Shown: positions 10,510-19,927 of the stretch, one piece after another
How positions within the stretch are numbered: the first letter of the stretch is position 1
Layout: each line of letters opens with the position of its first letter
Source: a virus
Taxonomy: Duplodnaviria > Caudoviricetes
Direction: 5' to 3' (one strand)
Virus record (IMG/VR): IMGVR_UViG_3300031963_000186
Span: 1 to 55,561 of that record
Length of the DNA: 55,561 nucleotides
Notes under the pieces: generated by a model
Told to the model about the DNA's origin: nothing
Databases searched by the model: none
The model's input: only the letters and a program-made list of their open reading frames with translations
Program-made: the position numbers and the translations under genes

Positions 10510-11487
10510 TCAGCGAGTTGCGTTATTTGAATTCTCACGATCCCACTTCGCGTACTGTTTCAAGTAACGCTGACGAAGTACGGGATCTTCCCAGACGCCG
10601 GCATCAATCATGGCTTGTTTCCGTTCTGGGGAGATGTAGACTTGTTGGCGAGAAGACGGTGGCGCTTGGTCCCTGCTCGAACCAATCGGCGGGCCCTTGC
10701 GACCCCCACGAGAATAGCCATCGTCATTATCCCCGCCTCCTTTAACGTGCGGTAGGCGTTTGGCAACACGCTTATCTAGCTCTTGCCAATACTCCTCTGA
10801 TTTCGGATTATAGCCCTCTTCCACGAGGGTTTGATCAATTGCAAGAACGATTTTAGATTCTTCATTCCGTGCATTTGGGTCATACCATCGATTCTTGCTG
10901 ATCCAGTCTTTCGCGTAGTTCGCGACTTCAGGATCTGGGCCTTGCTGCTCTGGTGCCTGGGTATGCATCTCCTGGGCAACCTGAGTCTGCTTGTGCTTGA
11001 TCATCTGAAGCTGCTGCACTTGCTTCATGGCCTCGTCACGGATCCGGAGAGCCTTGGCTACGTCCTCACCATTACCGGCCTCAACGGCCTGGCCCATGAT
11101 TCTTTCTGCGGCACGAACTTCTGCGATCTTCTCGTTGAGCCGAACATCGATGTTGCTGATCGTGTTTTGGACAGCCGTCTTTTCGACAGCCATCATACGC
11201 TTCTCGAGGTCCTCGTTCCGCTGCCTCAGGAAGTCAAGCTCGCGCTTGTCTCTCTCGATGGCCTGCTTCCGGCGCTCTGCACGGATCTGCTTTTCTTCTC
11301 GCCGCTTACGGCGGATTTCCTCGCGATCTTCGTTGTCCTCCGACAAACGGGCATCTTCGCCTGAATCATCGTCTTGGTCGTCGTTGTCCTCAGCCTTTGA
11401 CTCGACGGGTACAAACTCGACTTCTTGAGGCTTTTTCTGATCCTCGTCATCCTCTATGAGGATGGTCTCGCCTTTGTTTTCTGCCAT
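10510..11487 (-). CDS. Putative scaffolding protein
   Basis: Acidic N-terminus, long charged coiled coil, position between portal and capsid. Confidence 0.7.
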   Translation of the reverse strand: MAENKGETILIEDDEDQKKPQEVEFVPVESKAEDNDDQDDDSGEDARLSEDNEDREEIRRKRREEKQIRAERRKQAIERDKRELDFLRQRNEDLEKRMMAVEKTAVQNTISNIDVRLNEKIAEVRAAERIMGQAVEAGNGEDVAKALRIRDEAMKQVQQLQMIKHKQTQVAQEMHTQAPEQQGPDPEVANYAKDWISKNRWYDPNARNEESKIVLAIDQTLVEEGYNPKSEEYWQELDKRVAKRLPHVKGGGDNDDGYSRGGRKGPPIGSSRDQAPPSSRQQVYISPERKQAMIDAGVWEDPVLRQRYLKQYAKWDRENSNNATR

Positions 11488-11506
11488 TGCCTGCTCCTTT
11501 CAGCAG

Positions 11507-11926
11507 TTAGATAAATGCCCGAATTGTGGTCGGATCTGCTGTAACCTTGCCAATGATGTCTAGGTCGTTGAAGATCACGAACTCGATTTCCTCCTCATTA
11601 GACCTGACGGTCCAACGATCGCCGCCATACTTTGGGGTCCGGACAAAGTCCCCAAGCTGGCACCAATGGCCCTCTGGCCAAGATTCCATGGTGTTTCTAT
11701 TTTTGTAAGCCAGTGGTCCAATAGCTACCACTTTGGCAACTTGTGTATTGCTGGCCTCGGTCTTCCGTGCCTCTTCAGGGATGAAGATGCCGCTTTTGGT
11801 TTGGCTCTTGGCCCGACGAATCTGGACCATGACACGGCTGCCAAACGGGATGATCCCAGGATCAACGACCGGAAAGGCGTCGTCAAGGGAATCATAGGCC
11901 ATACTGATGGGGTTTTCAAGTAGCAT
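11507..11926 (-). CDS. groES: Co-chaperonin GroES-like protein
   Basis: PFGSRVMVQ, mobile-loop TKSGIFIP, KVVAIGP, KYGG, DIIGKV match the Cpn10 pattern. Confidence 0.85.
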   Translation of the reverse strand: MLLENPISMAYDSLDDAFPVVDPGIIPFGSRVMVQIRRAKSQTKSGIFIPEEARKTEASNTQVAKVVAIGPLAYKNRNTMESWPEGHWCQLGDFVRTPKYGGDRWTVRSNEEEIEFVIFNDLDIIGKVTADPTTIRAFI

Positions 11927-11946
11927 TCGCTGTTCTCCGTATGCTG

Positions 11947-12147
11947 TTAAAGTTCTGAGTCTCGCTTGTCTTGATCTCGCAAAAGCTGTTCGATCAGCTG
12001 CTTGGCACGGTCTAGGCCTGCGTACACGCCTTGCTGTCTGCCGGTCTCATAGCTGATGTCCTTACCTTCGCCGAACTTCTGGGCCATTGCCTCATGGGCA
12101 ATACGGGCCTTTTCGGCTTCGATCTTTGCGAAGATCTTGTCAAACAC
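11947..12147 (-). CDS. Small helical protein upstream of GroES
   Basis: GTG start directly after the upstream stop; Y..QGVYAGL..A motif. Confidence 0.55.
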   Translation of the reverse strand: MFDKIFAKIEAEKARIAHEAMAQKFGEGKDISYETGRQQGVYAGLDRAKQLIEQLLRDQDKRDSEL

Positions 12148-12312
12148 CTATTTGCCTTTGCCGTTAGTCTTGACGACTTGCATCTTAGGCATCTTCTTGT
12201 AATCAGCACTAGGCTGAGGTGGCGTTGGGGCCGGATCTTTACCGCTGCCCTGAAGGGACGTTGGGTAAGGCTTGCCCATGGCCATTTGCTTATGCAAGTT
12301 GATGGCTTCCAT
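12148..12312 (-). CDS. Small basic protein
   Basis: Start moved to ATG 12312 with RBS AAGGAG; MEAINLHKQMAMG.. Confidence 0.55.
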   Translation of the reverse strand: MEAINLHKQMAMGKPYPTSLQGSGKDPAPTPPQPSADYKKMPKMQVVKTNGKGK

Positions 12313-12322
12313 GATTCTCTCC

Positions 12323-14863
12323 TTATGGACGTGGATTGGGATTGATACCGGTGCCTGTTGAGACACCGACCTTGTCACCCGACGCTATCTCCAAGGCGGC
12401 CAATTGCTTAGCCGTCTGGTTGTCGGATTCGTTCATGGCCAGACGAGCATCGATCTCGGCCCTGGTGCGCTGGTCCTCGGCGGACTGACGCAACTGTTCA
12501 CGCTGCAACTCTGCTTGCAGTTTTTCGATCTGCTGCTGCAATGTCATCTGGCGTTCCTGACTGCGCAACTGCATCTCGGCTTGCTTGAGCTGAGCATCGG
12601 TCTGCGCCTTCTGCTGCTTGAACTGTGCATCAGCCTGATCTTTCTGCATCTGTGCCTCGATTTGCTGCTTCATGACCTCGACACGAGGATCTGCTGGCAT
12701 CTGAGGCGGCGGCTGCATCTGCTGGAGCATCTCGATAGTCTGCTGGATGATGGCAGGTATCTGGCTGAAGGTCTCCTGAGCCTGCTTGTTGACCAGTTGA
12801 CTGGTTGCTGCTAGCATCCGATCCAAGGCTTTCTTCTCCTCAGTCGATGCGTCTTTTTGCAGTTCGCCAATGTCGACCTGGGCAGCATCAGAAGCTTCCT
12901 CGAAGATCTGGTTGGCATACCACAAGACCATGTGCTCCTTGAGGTGATCTAGCAAGAACGGCACGGCTTGCATGCCAATGATCTTGTTGCCACCAAACAT
13001 GGGGTTTGTGATGAAGTCCAAGTGCACCTGCAGATGAGCCAAGTGATCTTGCTCAGGGAACGCGACAATTGGGCGCTTCATGGTGGCCGCAATGTTCTCG
13101 TTGACTGCGTTCAGTTCCAAGGGCTGCTGTTTCGGGAGCAGCAAGTCCTTGCCCTGAGGAATCCGAAGTCTCTGGAGGAACATCTCCTCGACCTTGCGCA
13201 AGTCATACAGCTGAGGCATCGCCTGGGCACGGGCCATGACGGCCTGCACCTGGGCAAAACGCTGGGCTTCACTGAAGATGTTGGGGTCAGAGACTGGCAC
13301 GACATTCATCGGGCCTTCAAAGTCACTGCGCTTAACTAGCAACTCGCCAGTCTCGTCAACGACCTCCGATTCTTCAAGGTAAGTCTTGTTCAGGCGGAAC
13401 AACAGGTTCAAGACCCTGGCCATCGCATCATGCATCCGAGCATGAATGGCAGAGAACACGACCATGCCTTGCTCAAGGCGGGCAAGGGTCGTGCCGACTG
13501 GGGTGTTGGCATTGCTGTCAGCCAGTTCCTCAAACGTGGTCCTGACGACCTGTTGGCTGGCATCGACTAAGAAGCCGAGCAACTGGAACAGGACTGGGCT
13601 TGGTGGGTTGTATGGCATTGGCATGAGCATCTTGCGAATGTCATCCTGACCAAACGAACCTTCAATCTCCTTGACTTCTGTCGGGTCAACACGGTCTGTC
13701 TGGCCACCGGTCCCTGACTTCAGCTTCAAGAGCCCTGGGAAGTTGTTGATGTGGGCCGAGTCAAGCAGTGCCCTCAAGGCGCCAGTGGCAGCAGCTGACA
13801 GGCCACCGATCATGTGGATCATGCCAATGGGGTAAGCACCGCGCCAAGGCACGAATGGGAACTCAACCATCCAGAACATCTCCTGTCTGGTCTGGTCATC
13901 TTCTTCCCAGTTGCGATAGATGCTGAGAACCCGCTGAGTGTTCTTGTCAATGCTGATGATGTACGGAGCCAAGCCGTCATCGTTGCCGATGTCCATGAGC
14001 ACATAGCACTCAAACACGGTCCTCAGACCATCGGTGTTATAGCCATCTGATGCCCGACCTTCGATCTTGTCGTTAGCTTTCTGGGCCTTGGACTCATCAG
14101 GCGGTGCTGGGTCCGCACGAAGGTCTGCATCAAGGTACATGCCGGTGTCAACTCGCTTCTGATACTCGATGCGAGTCAGATACTGGACGTGAGTCTTGCG
14201 CTCTGACGTGTAGTAATTGGTGGCTGCAAACGGCAAGTAGACGTCGTCAATCGGGACGAACATCGGGACTGGCCGCTTCTTGTTCGGATCCCATGTGATC
14301 TTGAGGTACTGGCCGCCACCCAATGGCAACTGGGTCATGAGCTGCTCAAGCTCAGCCCTGAACTCAGGCATCTGAGTCGTCATCTGCCAGTTCAAGTACC
14401 TGGTGATGCGCTGCGCTTTCTCAACCTTGTCAAGGGTGGGATCACCGACGATCTTCTCTTTTGCAGGACCATCAGACGGGAAGATCTCCTTCATGGCCCT
14501 GGCTGAGAAGTCCACACATGCTTGAGTCAGCATGGGGTGAACAACCTTTGATGCGCCTGTGAAGGAAGCACCACCTGGGGCGTCGTCACCTAGGCCAGTG
14601 CGCCTAAGGCCTTCTTCATACTGCTCGTCTCGACGCTTACGGGCTTCCTTGTCCTTCTCGATCAGTTCAGAGAGACTGGTGCCAAGGTTTGCCAGTTCCC
14701 AGCTAGGCATTGACTCAGCCAAGTTTGCATAGAACTCGGTCTGACCAGGCGGAGTCTTGTCATTGATGGTGATTAATGCGCCACCGTCCTCAGTGTCCTC
14801 AACATCGTTGTCTTCTTCCGGAAGCTCGATGTATTCGCCTTGGTCGTCGTCTCTTTCAGCCAT
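12323..14863 (-). CDS. Portal protein
   Basis: 846 aa directly after TerL; VVHPML, YLNWQ, ANTPVGTTLA motifs; Gln-rich C-terminal coiled coil as in P22-type portal barrels. Confidence 0.85.
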   Translation of the reverse strand: MAERDDDQGEYIELPEEDNDVEDTEDGGALITINDKTPPGQTEFYANLAESMPSWELANLGTSLSELIEKDKEARKRRDEQYEEGLRRTGLGDDAPGGASFTGASKVVHPMLTQACVDFSARAMKEIFPSDGPAKEKIVGDPTLDKVEKAQRITRYLNWQMTTQMPEFRAELEQLMTQLPLGGGQYLKITWDPNKKRPVPMFVPIDDVYLPFAATNYYTSERKTHVQYLTRIEYQKRVDTGMYLDADLRADPAPPDESKAQKANDKIEGRASDGYNTDGLRTVFECYVLMDIGNDDGLAPYIISIDKNTQRVLSIYRNWEEDDQTRQEMFWMVEFPFVPWRGAYPIGMIHMIGGLSAAATGALRALLDSAHINNFPGLLKLKSGTGGQTDRVDPTEVKEIEGSFGQDDIRKMLMPMPYNPPSPVLFQLLGFLVDASQQVVRTTFEELADSNANTPVGTTLARLEQGMVVFSAIHARMHDAMARVLNLLFRLNKTYLEESEVVDETGELLVKRSDFEGPMNVVPVSDPNIFSEAQRFAQVQAVMARAQAMPQLYDLRKVEEMFLQRLRIPQGKDLLLPKQQPLELNAVNENIAATMKRPIVAFPEQDHLAHLQVHLDFITNPMFGGNKIIGMQAVPFLLDHLKEHMVLWYANQIFEEASDAAQVDIGELQKDASTEEKKALDRMLAATSQLVNKQAQETFSQIPAIIQQTIEMLQQMQPPPQMPADPRVEVMKQQIEAQMQKDQADAQFKQQKAQTDAQLKQAEMQLRSQERQMTLQQQIEKLQAELQREQLRQSAEDQRTRAEIDARLAMNESDNQTAKQLAALEIASGDKVGVSTGTGINPNPRP

Positions 14864-14875
14864 TCAAGTCTCCGG

Positions 14876-16351
14876 TCATGCAGCGTATGGGTTCACCAGC
14901 CGCGGTTTGTGCTCTCGCTCAACGGCCTTTTGCACTGGTTTAGTGACTGAGAGCGTATTGCGGTCAGCCAAGAGCCGTAGCGCTTGAGTCGTACTGTCGA
15001 CAAAATCATCATGCTTGATGGATCTTTCTCCATGGAAGCTGCAGATTTGCGAGATAAGCGGGTCGGCCCAGGAACGTGGATTCCCAGGCCGTTTGTCGGA
15101 TTCTACAACCCAAACGAATCCATGTGCAAATAAATGCGAGACTGCGTGAAGTCTTTGAAGCTTGTCAGCATTGCCCGGGTTGTATGGATAAGCCAGGATG
15201 TCCTCACGGGACAGCATTTGGCGGAGGCTGATGCCTGAGCCCTTGTCCTCGATAATCAGCAAGTCTGGTGAACGGCCTGTGAGATAGGACTGCTTGGGCC
15301 CAACGAGAGGCTTGATGACTGGCTTCATGTCATCGTCGCCATACCTGACTACCATCTCTTTTTTGACCCGTTCAATCAGGTCTGGCATGCCGAGGCGGTC
15401 TTGCCAGCAGTCAAGCAGCAAGAAGGCTGGCTTCTTGTCCTGCCTGAATACGCCCCAGACCGAGCAGGCCGTGTAGTCAGGATCGTGGCTCTTGCGGTCC
15501 GTAGTCTTCTCGCTGAAGGCCGTGTCCAGGCTCATGACGATGTACTCGAAGGATGGCAGCGGCTTGTCCTTAGACCACAGCTTCAGCCAGCTGCGCTTGA
15601 TGATGCCTGACTCTTCAGGATCGATGACCTCGGCGTAGATTTCCTGGCGGCCTAACTGCGTGCCTTCATACTGGGTAATTTCCTCAAGGAACGTCTTAGC
15701 CAGGTTCTCGGCATTGTCGTAGGTCGAACCTCTGGTCACCAGAACCCTGGACTTGGGCTTCTCGGCATCCTTGATCAGCTTGCGGACCAGCTCAATGGGC
15801 CTTGGGGTTGTGGTCACTACGACCTGGGGATTGTCCCCGAGACGTAGGCCAAAGCGCATCATGTCCCAGGTCTCCTCGACGTATTGCCAAGCAGCTAACT
15901 CATCGCACCAAACTCGGTGGAACTGTGGACCACGAAGACGGCTAGGTTCCTCAGCAGAGAAGCCACTGATGATGGACCCATTTGTCATGGTCAGTTCAGC
16001 CAGGCTCTTGTTGTAGCTCTCAATCTGGCTCTGTGGCAAGATGGACAAGAGCCCAGATTCACCCTCGAAGCAGACCCGTCTCACGTCAGAGCTAGTCGGT
16101 GCAATGACCCCGCATCTGACTCCTTGGTTCGTGACTGCGTATTTTGCGATGTCCTCAGCGCCAGTCCTTGTCTTGCCGAAGCCGCGTCCTGCCAAGATCA
16201 GCCACGTTGACCAGTCACCTTTCGGGGTCAGTTGTTCAGGTCTTGCGGTGGCTTTCCATTTAAGTTTCCAAGCCAGCAACTCAAGGTCCGACACCTCCAG
16301 CTGCGCGAGGCTGGACTGGATGGTCGTGAGTTCTGTCTTCGACAGGATCAT
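14876..16351 (-). CDS. terL: Terminase large subunit
   Basis: Walker A AGRGFGKT, LRGPQF..WCDE Walker B, VTTTP motif III, nuclease SLDTA..HDDFVDS. Confidence 0.95.
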   Translation of the reverse strand: MILSKTELTTIQSSLAQLEVSDLELLAWKLKWKATARPEQLTPKGDWSTWLILAGRGFGKTRTGAEDIAKYAVTNQGVRCGVIAPTSSDVRRVCFEGESGLLSILPQSQIESYNKSLAELTMTNGSIISGFSAEEPSRLRGPQFHRVWCDELAAWQYVEETWDMMRFGLRLGDNPQVVVTTTPRPIELVRKLIKDAEKPKSRVLVTRGSTYDNAENLAKTFLEEITQYEGTQLGRQEIYAEVIDPEESGIIKRSWLKLWSKDKPLPSFEYIVMSLDTAFSEKTTDRKSHDPDYTACSVWGVFRQDKKPAFLLLDCWQDRLGMPDLIERVKKEMVVRYGDDDMKPVIKPLVGPKQSYLTGRSPDLLIIEDKGSGISLRQMLSREDILAYPYNPGNADKLQRLHAVSHLFAHGFVWVVESDKRPGNPRSWADPLISQICSFHGERSIKHDDFVDSTTQALRLLADRNTLSVTKPVQKAVEREHKPRLVNPYAA

Positions 16352-16668
16352 TTCGTGTTCAGTTTCTCGATGAGCCCGGTGATCTGCTCAATAAGCTCGA
16401 GCCGCATCTCAAGGGGACCGCCGTCGGGTCCGGTGATCTCGACGGACTTCTTCTTGGCGTAGCCGTACTGAACCAGCTCCTTCATACAATCCTTGCGGAC
16501 CAGGAGATCGTGAGTGGGTTCAAAAGCCATCTCGGCCAGGGCCTCGAGAGGGTCACCGTGCTTGTCGACGATGCGGTCAAAGGTCTCTTGCCTGAGGATG
16601 TTTCTCTTGTTCAGACTACCCTTTTTGCGCCCGGAGCCCTCTGGCTTCACTCCTTTTTGGAATGGCAT
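16348..16668 (-). CDS. terS: Terminase small subunit (putative)
   Basis: N-terminal GRKKGSLNK, C-terminal EITGPDGGPL; overlaps the terL start. Confidence 0.75.
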   Translation of the reverse strand: MPFQKGVKPEGSGRKKGSLNKRNILRQETFDRIVDKHGDPLEALAEMAFEPTHDLLVRKDCMKELVQYGYAKKKSVEITGPDGGPLEMRLELIEQITGLIEKLNTK

Positions 16669-16699
16669 ACTTGTACTCCTTGCATTCTATGCAACCTCT

Positions 16700-16729
16700 A
16701 TTTTAGTTCGAAGACTAAAAAAGTGTAAA
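16700..16729 (-). promoter_or_regulatory. Possible sigma70-type promoter for the packaging/head operon
   Basis: Minus strand TTTACA-18 nt-TAAAAT upstream of terS. Confidence 0.4.
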
Positions 16730-16740
16730 CAAGGCAACTC

Positions 16741-16904
16741 AAAATCCCTATATAGCATATTTTTTAGCCAAAACAGAGTGTATCAATACAGAAAACTAAT
16801 TATTTTAGTATCGTTCGTTCGATTTCATAAGAGTCCGCGCACCGAAAACAGGCTGGATTAATACACTCTGTTTTGGCTCTAAAACTCCTATATAGCGTTT
16901 TGAC
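16741..16904. repeat. Non-coding inverted-repeat element, copy A
   Basis: Perfect 18-bp inverted repeat AGCCAAAACAGAGTGTAT (16766-16783) / ATACACTCTGTTTTGGCT (16861-16878); collinear with 34730-34890. Confidence 0.85.
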
Positions 16905-16910
16905 AGATGA

Positions 16911-16939
16911 TTACATTGCTTGCATTTTTAATTTATAAT
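16911..16939 (+). promoter_or_regulatory. Possible sigma70-type promoter for the divergent gene at 16969
   Basis: TTACAT-17 nt-TATAAT. Confidence 0.5.
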
Positions 16940-16968
16940 TCGCTCACCAGAGCTCACGAAAGCAAAAC

Positions 16969-17412
16969 ATGTCCCGGCCTATTGAAGCAACCTCCTCGTT
17001 AGATCTAGACACCATTAAGGTACTCCTCTGGGCCAGCGAATATGGCACCGGTCAGCCCAACGTCAGTAGACTCTACGACCGCGAGTCAGTTGACGGTTTG
17101 ACATTGAGTCGGGGGACCTTTTTCAATGCCGTGAAGGGCCGGAAGGTCACCAATCATGTCATCGAAAAGATCGACGAACTCATCGCACTACGCGGTTGGA
17201 GGTCCAAGTGGCTCGATCACTGTCGTGAGGAGCATCGGCAGCGGGTTATCCGTGCTTTTGGTAGTCCTCAGGCCTTCTGTCAGGTCTGCGGCCATGCCTG
17301 TCCGAACTGCGGAAACCCTAAGACTCAGCGTCGTCGGGAGGCCGTCAAGGCTTACTTGAAGATCGATCCGGTTGATCTTGGCTGCAGGGTCATGTTAGAC
17401 CCCGAGGAGTAG
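16969..17412 (+). CDS. Putative DNA-binding regulator with CxxC-CxxC zinc motif
   Basis: Fills an otherwise empty gap with its own promoter; LSRGTFFNAVKG resembles an HTH recognition helix; CQVCGHACPNC. Confidence 0.55.
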   Translation: MSRPIEATSSLDLDTIKVLLWASEYGTGQPNVSRLYDRESVDGLTLSRGTFFNAVKGRKVTNHVIEKIDELIALRGWRSKWLDHCREEHRQRVIRAFGSPQAFCQVCGHACPNCGNPKTQRRREAVKAYLKIDPVDLGCRVMLDPEE

Positions 17413-17418
17413 GGGGAT

Positions 17419-17443
17419 AAAAAACCGGGCCTCAAGGGCCCGG
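17419..17443 (-). terminator. Intrinsic terminator ending the small-gene run
   Basis: Minus strand CCGGGCC-CTTGA-GGCCCGG followed by TTTTTT, between convergent genes. Confidence 0.75.
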
Positions 17444-17505
17444 AAATGCCGGAGTGGCAACTGCGGCAGGGGGAGACTATGGGTTAATCATACAGCCAAA
17501 ACTTC

Positions 17506-17691
17506 TTAGTAGATACCCATCCAGATGCAGATTTGTAGCATTAGGACAATGGCCACGATGACTAGGCCGGTCTTTCCCCTGTACAGCCATTCTTTTTCAA
17601 ACCATGTCTTGAGCCATGGGCCCAGGATCTTAGGCCTTGTGTAGTGGCAGTCTCTGCCTTGCCTGCAGTCTCCATGGCATTCAGGGCACAC
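17506..17691 (-). CDS. Small protein, Cys-rich N-terminus and C-terminal TM helix
   Basis: CPECHGDCRQGRDC; hydrophobic C-terminus. Confidence 0.5.
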   Translation of the reverse strand: MCPECHGDCRQGRDCHYTRPKILGPWLKTWFEKEWLYRGKTGLVIVAIVLMLQICIWMGIY

Positions 17692-17784
17692 AGTTATCCT
17701 CTTGTCAATATCACCACGATGGCTGCCAAGATCCCAAAGATCACGTCACTCATCTTCTTTCCTCCTATCTTACTCTTTTTACGG

Positions 17785-18033
17785 TCAAAAATTCTCATTG
17801 AAGAACTTAGCCACGTGGTCTCGGAAAAGTTTGAAGTTAAATTCTCCACTTTCCCCTGACTCGTGGATGATCACAAGTTTCTGGTTTGACGGGTCGACCT
17901 TTATCGCGAAGTCTCCAAGGGTGATGGTATTCACCATCTGGAGGACTTGTTCTAGGCCCTTCTTGTTGACGACCACGAAGTCTTCTGAGGCCATCGGTTC
18001 TTGTAGCTTGTCTGCATCGATCTCAATTTCCAT
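17785..18033 (-). CDS. Hypothetical protein
   Basis: RBS AAGGAG, in coupled gene run. Confidence 0.55.
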   Translation of the reverse strand: MEIEIDADKLQEPMASEDFVVVNKKGLEQVLQMVNTITLGDFAIKVDPSNQKLVIIHESGESGEFNFKLFRDHVAKFFNENF

Positions 18034-18409
18034 GGTTTTTCTCCTTTAGTTTTGCTTCAATAGCGCGATAAGTTGCAAGCGGTTTTATAAAGCCATCCAA
18101 AGAACCGCTCTCACCCATTTGAATACACACTGCAATTTCCTCATCCGTCAACCCTTGCCATTCGCGCTGTGCTGCGTTATGCGCGATCCATTGCCCACGC
18201 GGCGTGCATGAGCGAAGACACTTGTCAAACTCTTGGCAGCAAACACCAACTTCCGGTTCAGGCTGCGCTAGTCGGGCGCGGAGTGCTTCGTTCTCTTTGT
18301 ATAAGAGCCTGATTGTGTGCGCTGCCATCGCTCGTGCAAGGCTGGATTCGGCACCTATAGCCTCTAACTCGTCTGCGCGTATCAATGCTTCTGGTTGTTT
18401 GTCAGTCAT
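18023..18409 (-). CDS. Hypothetical phage protein
   Basis: Start moved to ATG 18409 (ATGA overlap). MTDKQPEAL..WQGLTDEEI..RAIEAKLKEKN, a common phage small-protein pattern. Confidence 0.65.
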   Translation of the reverse strand: MTDKQPEALIRADELEAIGAESSLARAMAAHTIRLLYKENEALRARLAQPEPEVGVCCQEFDKCLRSCTPRGQWIAHNAAQREWQGLTDEEIAVCIQMGESGSLDGFIKPLATYRAIEAKLKEKNHGN

Positions 18410-18621
18410 GGCGCACCTCTCTTGCGGATAGCGAACGCGCAACTTACCCAAGACGCATCGACTCGTTCACCTTCAGCCTCACACACCTTCGCACACGCCT
18501 CGCGCTCCGCTGCTGCGACTAGGTTGGCAAAGCGTTCAAGAAATTCTGATATGCCTTCAGCTCTTTCAAGCCAACCGATGCCAGCCTCCCGCGCCATGCG
18601 GATAATGTCATCTCTGTTCAT
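18406..18621 (-). CDS. Hypothetical phage protein
   Basis: MNRDDIIRMAREAG..LERFANLVAAAEREACAKVC..AIRKRG, common phage pattern. Confidence 0.65.
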   Translation of the reverse strand: MNRDDIIRMAREAGIGWLERAEGISEFLERFANLVAAAEREACAKVCEAEGERVDASWVSCAFAIRKRGAP

Positions 18622-18793
18622 TTTTCTTCCTCGCTTCAATAGCATCGGGCCGATAGCTCTTGTAGATGCTTTCCGACTTACGTTCTATACAGGCAAGGCA
18701 CACCCAGCGGGGGACACCGCGTGTTTTCCGACGTTCCCCACCCTGGATGGCCCGGGTCACTTGGCAGCTAGTGCAAAACCGTGTCTCAATCAT
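18608..18793 (-). CDS. Small zinc-ribbon protein
   Basis: CTSC and CLAC pairs. Confidence 0.55.
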   Translation of the reverse strand: MIETRFCTSCQVTRAIQGGERRKTRGVPRWVCLACIERKSESIYKSYRPDAIEARKKNEQR

Positions 18794-19050
18794 CTCTTCA
18801 CCCTGACGTAGAAGACCGTCCCCGTAGGGTACTGAGTCTTGCGGTCTGAAGGTTCGTAGTTCATGTAGCCTCCATACGTGCCAGAGGCCTTAGCTGCTTC
18901 AATCAACTCGGTGCCCGTTGATGCCCGCTTGGCAACTTCTTCAATGAGCTTCTTGATCCGCCGCATCATGTGAGGCGAATAGGTATTGGGGCCTTTCCAG
19001 TTCATGAACAGGCAAATCTCTGTCTCGTCCATGATGTCGTCTGAATTCAT
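18790..19050 (-). CDS. Hypothetical protein
   Basis: Start at ATG 19050 gives ATGA overlaps at both ends. Confidence 0.5.
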   Translation of the reverse strand: MNSDDIMDETEICLFMNWKGPNTYSPHMMRRIKKLIEEVAKRASTGTELIEAAKASGTYGGYMNYEPSDRKTQYPTGTVFYVRVKR

Positions 19051-19373
19051 TCCCATCCCCTTGCCCGAATGGCACTGATACACAGTTCCACACCGTCAGC
19101 ATCAACCATCTCGCAGGCCCTGATGCAGGCCATCCGTTCCTTCTGGATCGCCATCCTGACTGACGAGACCATCTGGTCTAAGGTCCCAGTCTCAGACTTC
19201 GTAGCTAAGTGTTCCCACTTGCTTCTCTCGTACTCCCTGACCCGGTCGACGAAGGCCTCAAGATCCTCAGTCGACTCGAAGGTCCACAGTTCTCGGAGTG
19301 ACGGCACAAGGACCTGGCAGAACCCGCCTGCTTCTGACACAAGGCTATCTAACTTCTCTCTATCCACTACCAC
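19047..19373 (-). CDS. Hypothetical phage protein
   Basis: GTG start with AGGAG; ERMACIRAC..CISAIRARG similar to 18406..18621. Confidence 0.55.
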   Translation of the reverse strand: MVVDREKLDSLVSEAGGFCQVLVPSLRELWTFESTEDLEAFVDRVREYERSKWEHLATKSETGTLDQMVSSVRMAIQKERMACIRACEMVDADGVELCISAIRARGWE

Positions 19374-19495
19374 CTCCTGTGTATGGGTTCACGGTACGGG
19401 AGCCGTGTCTCGTGGTCCTCTATCCATGAGAACAGTAGGCTGCACAAGCTTACGACTGCCACAACGGCATAAAACAAAAGGATCAGCCTGATCAT
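19367..19495 (-). CDS. 42-aa membrane peptide
   Basis: Below ORF-track cutoff; MIRLILLFYAVVAVVSLCSLLFSW..; ATGA overlap with upstream gene. Confidence 0.45.
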   Translation of the reverse strand: MIRLILLFYAVVAVVSLCSLLFSWIEDHETRLPYREPIHRRW

Positions 19496-19671
19496 TTCTT
19501 TGGGTGATTCATGAACAGACATTCATGGGAGTGACGGCGACCCTTGCTGTCGACGTAGGTCTCCCCGCAGCCCGCCATCCATTCCGCAAAGACAATGGCG
19601 AAGAAGATCAAGAAGGCCAAGGCCACCACTACGTGGACGATGACTGACAATACCTTACCAAACCATCTCAT
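19492..19671 (-). CDS. 59-aa membrane protein
   Basis: Below cutoff; MRWFGKVLSVIVHVVVALAFLIFFAIVFAEWMAGCGETY..; GGAGG RBS, ATGA overlaps. Confidence 0.55.
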   Translation of the reverse strand: MRWFGKVLSVIVHVVVALAFLIFFAIVFAEWMAGCGETYVDSKGRRHSHECLFMNHPKK

Positions 19672-19751
19672 CGGTCCTCCCTATCAAGATACCATGCGAA
19701 CAAGACGAAGATCGATGCCCACCCTAAGAGTTCAAACATCTCGCCGCTCAT
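19668..19751 (-). CDS. 27-aa hydrophobic peptide
   Basis: MSGEMFELLGWASIFVLFAWYLDREDR; GGAGG RBS, ATGA overlaps at both ends. Confidence 0.45.
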   Translation of the reverse strand: MSGEMFELLGWASIFVLFAWYLDREDR

Positions 19752-19927
19752 ACTTCCTCCGGCTGCACCGTGATCTTGTAGCCAAGGGCCTTGATGCAAT
19801 TGATGGTCTCAGGCTTCAAGGTCTTGGTACCTGCAATCGTAGCAAAGATCTGCGCAGTTTCGCAAACCGGATAGACGGCCTTTTGGCCATAGTTCGTCGT
19901 GATGCGGACAGTGATTTCCATGATCAT
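19748..19927 (-). CDS. 59-aa hypothetical protein
   Basis: MIMEITVRITTNYGQKAVYPVCETAQIFATIAGTKTL..LGYKITV; ATGA overlaps. Confidence 0.6.
   Translation of the reverse strand: MIMEITVRITTNYGQKAVYPVCETAQIFATIAGTKTLKPETINCIKALGYKITVQPEEV

Noticed and set aside
523-16462. Many plus-strand ORFs (e.g. 1707..2540, 8640..9821, 10831..11364)
   Set aside because: Antisense shadows of well-supported minus-strand genes; no recognisable motifs
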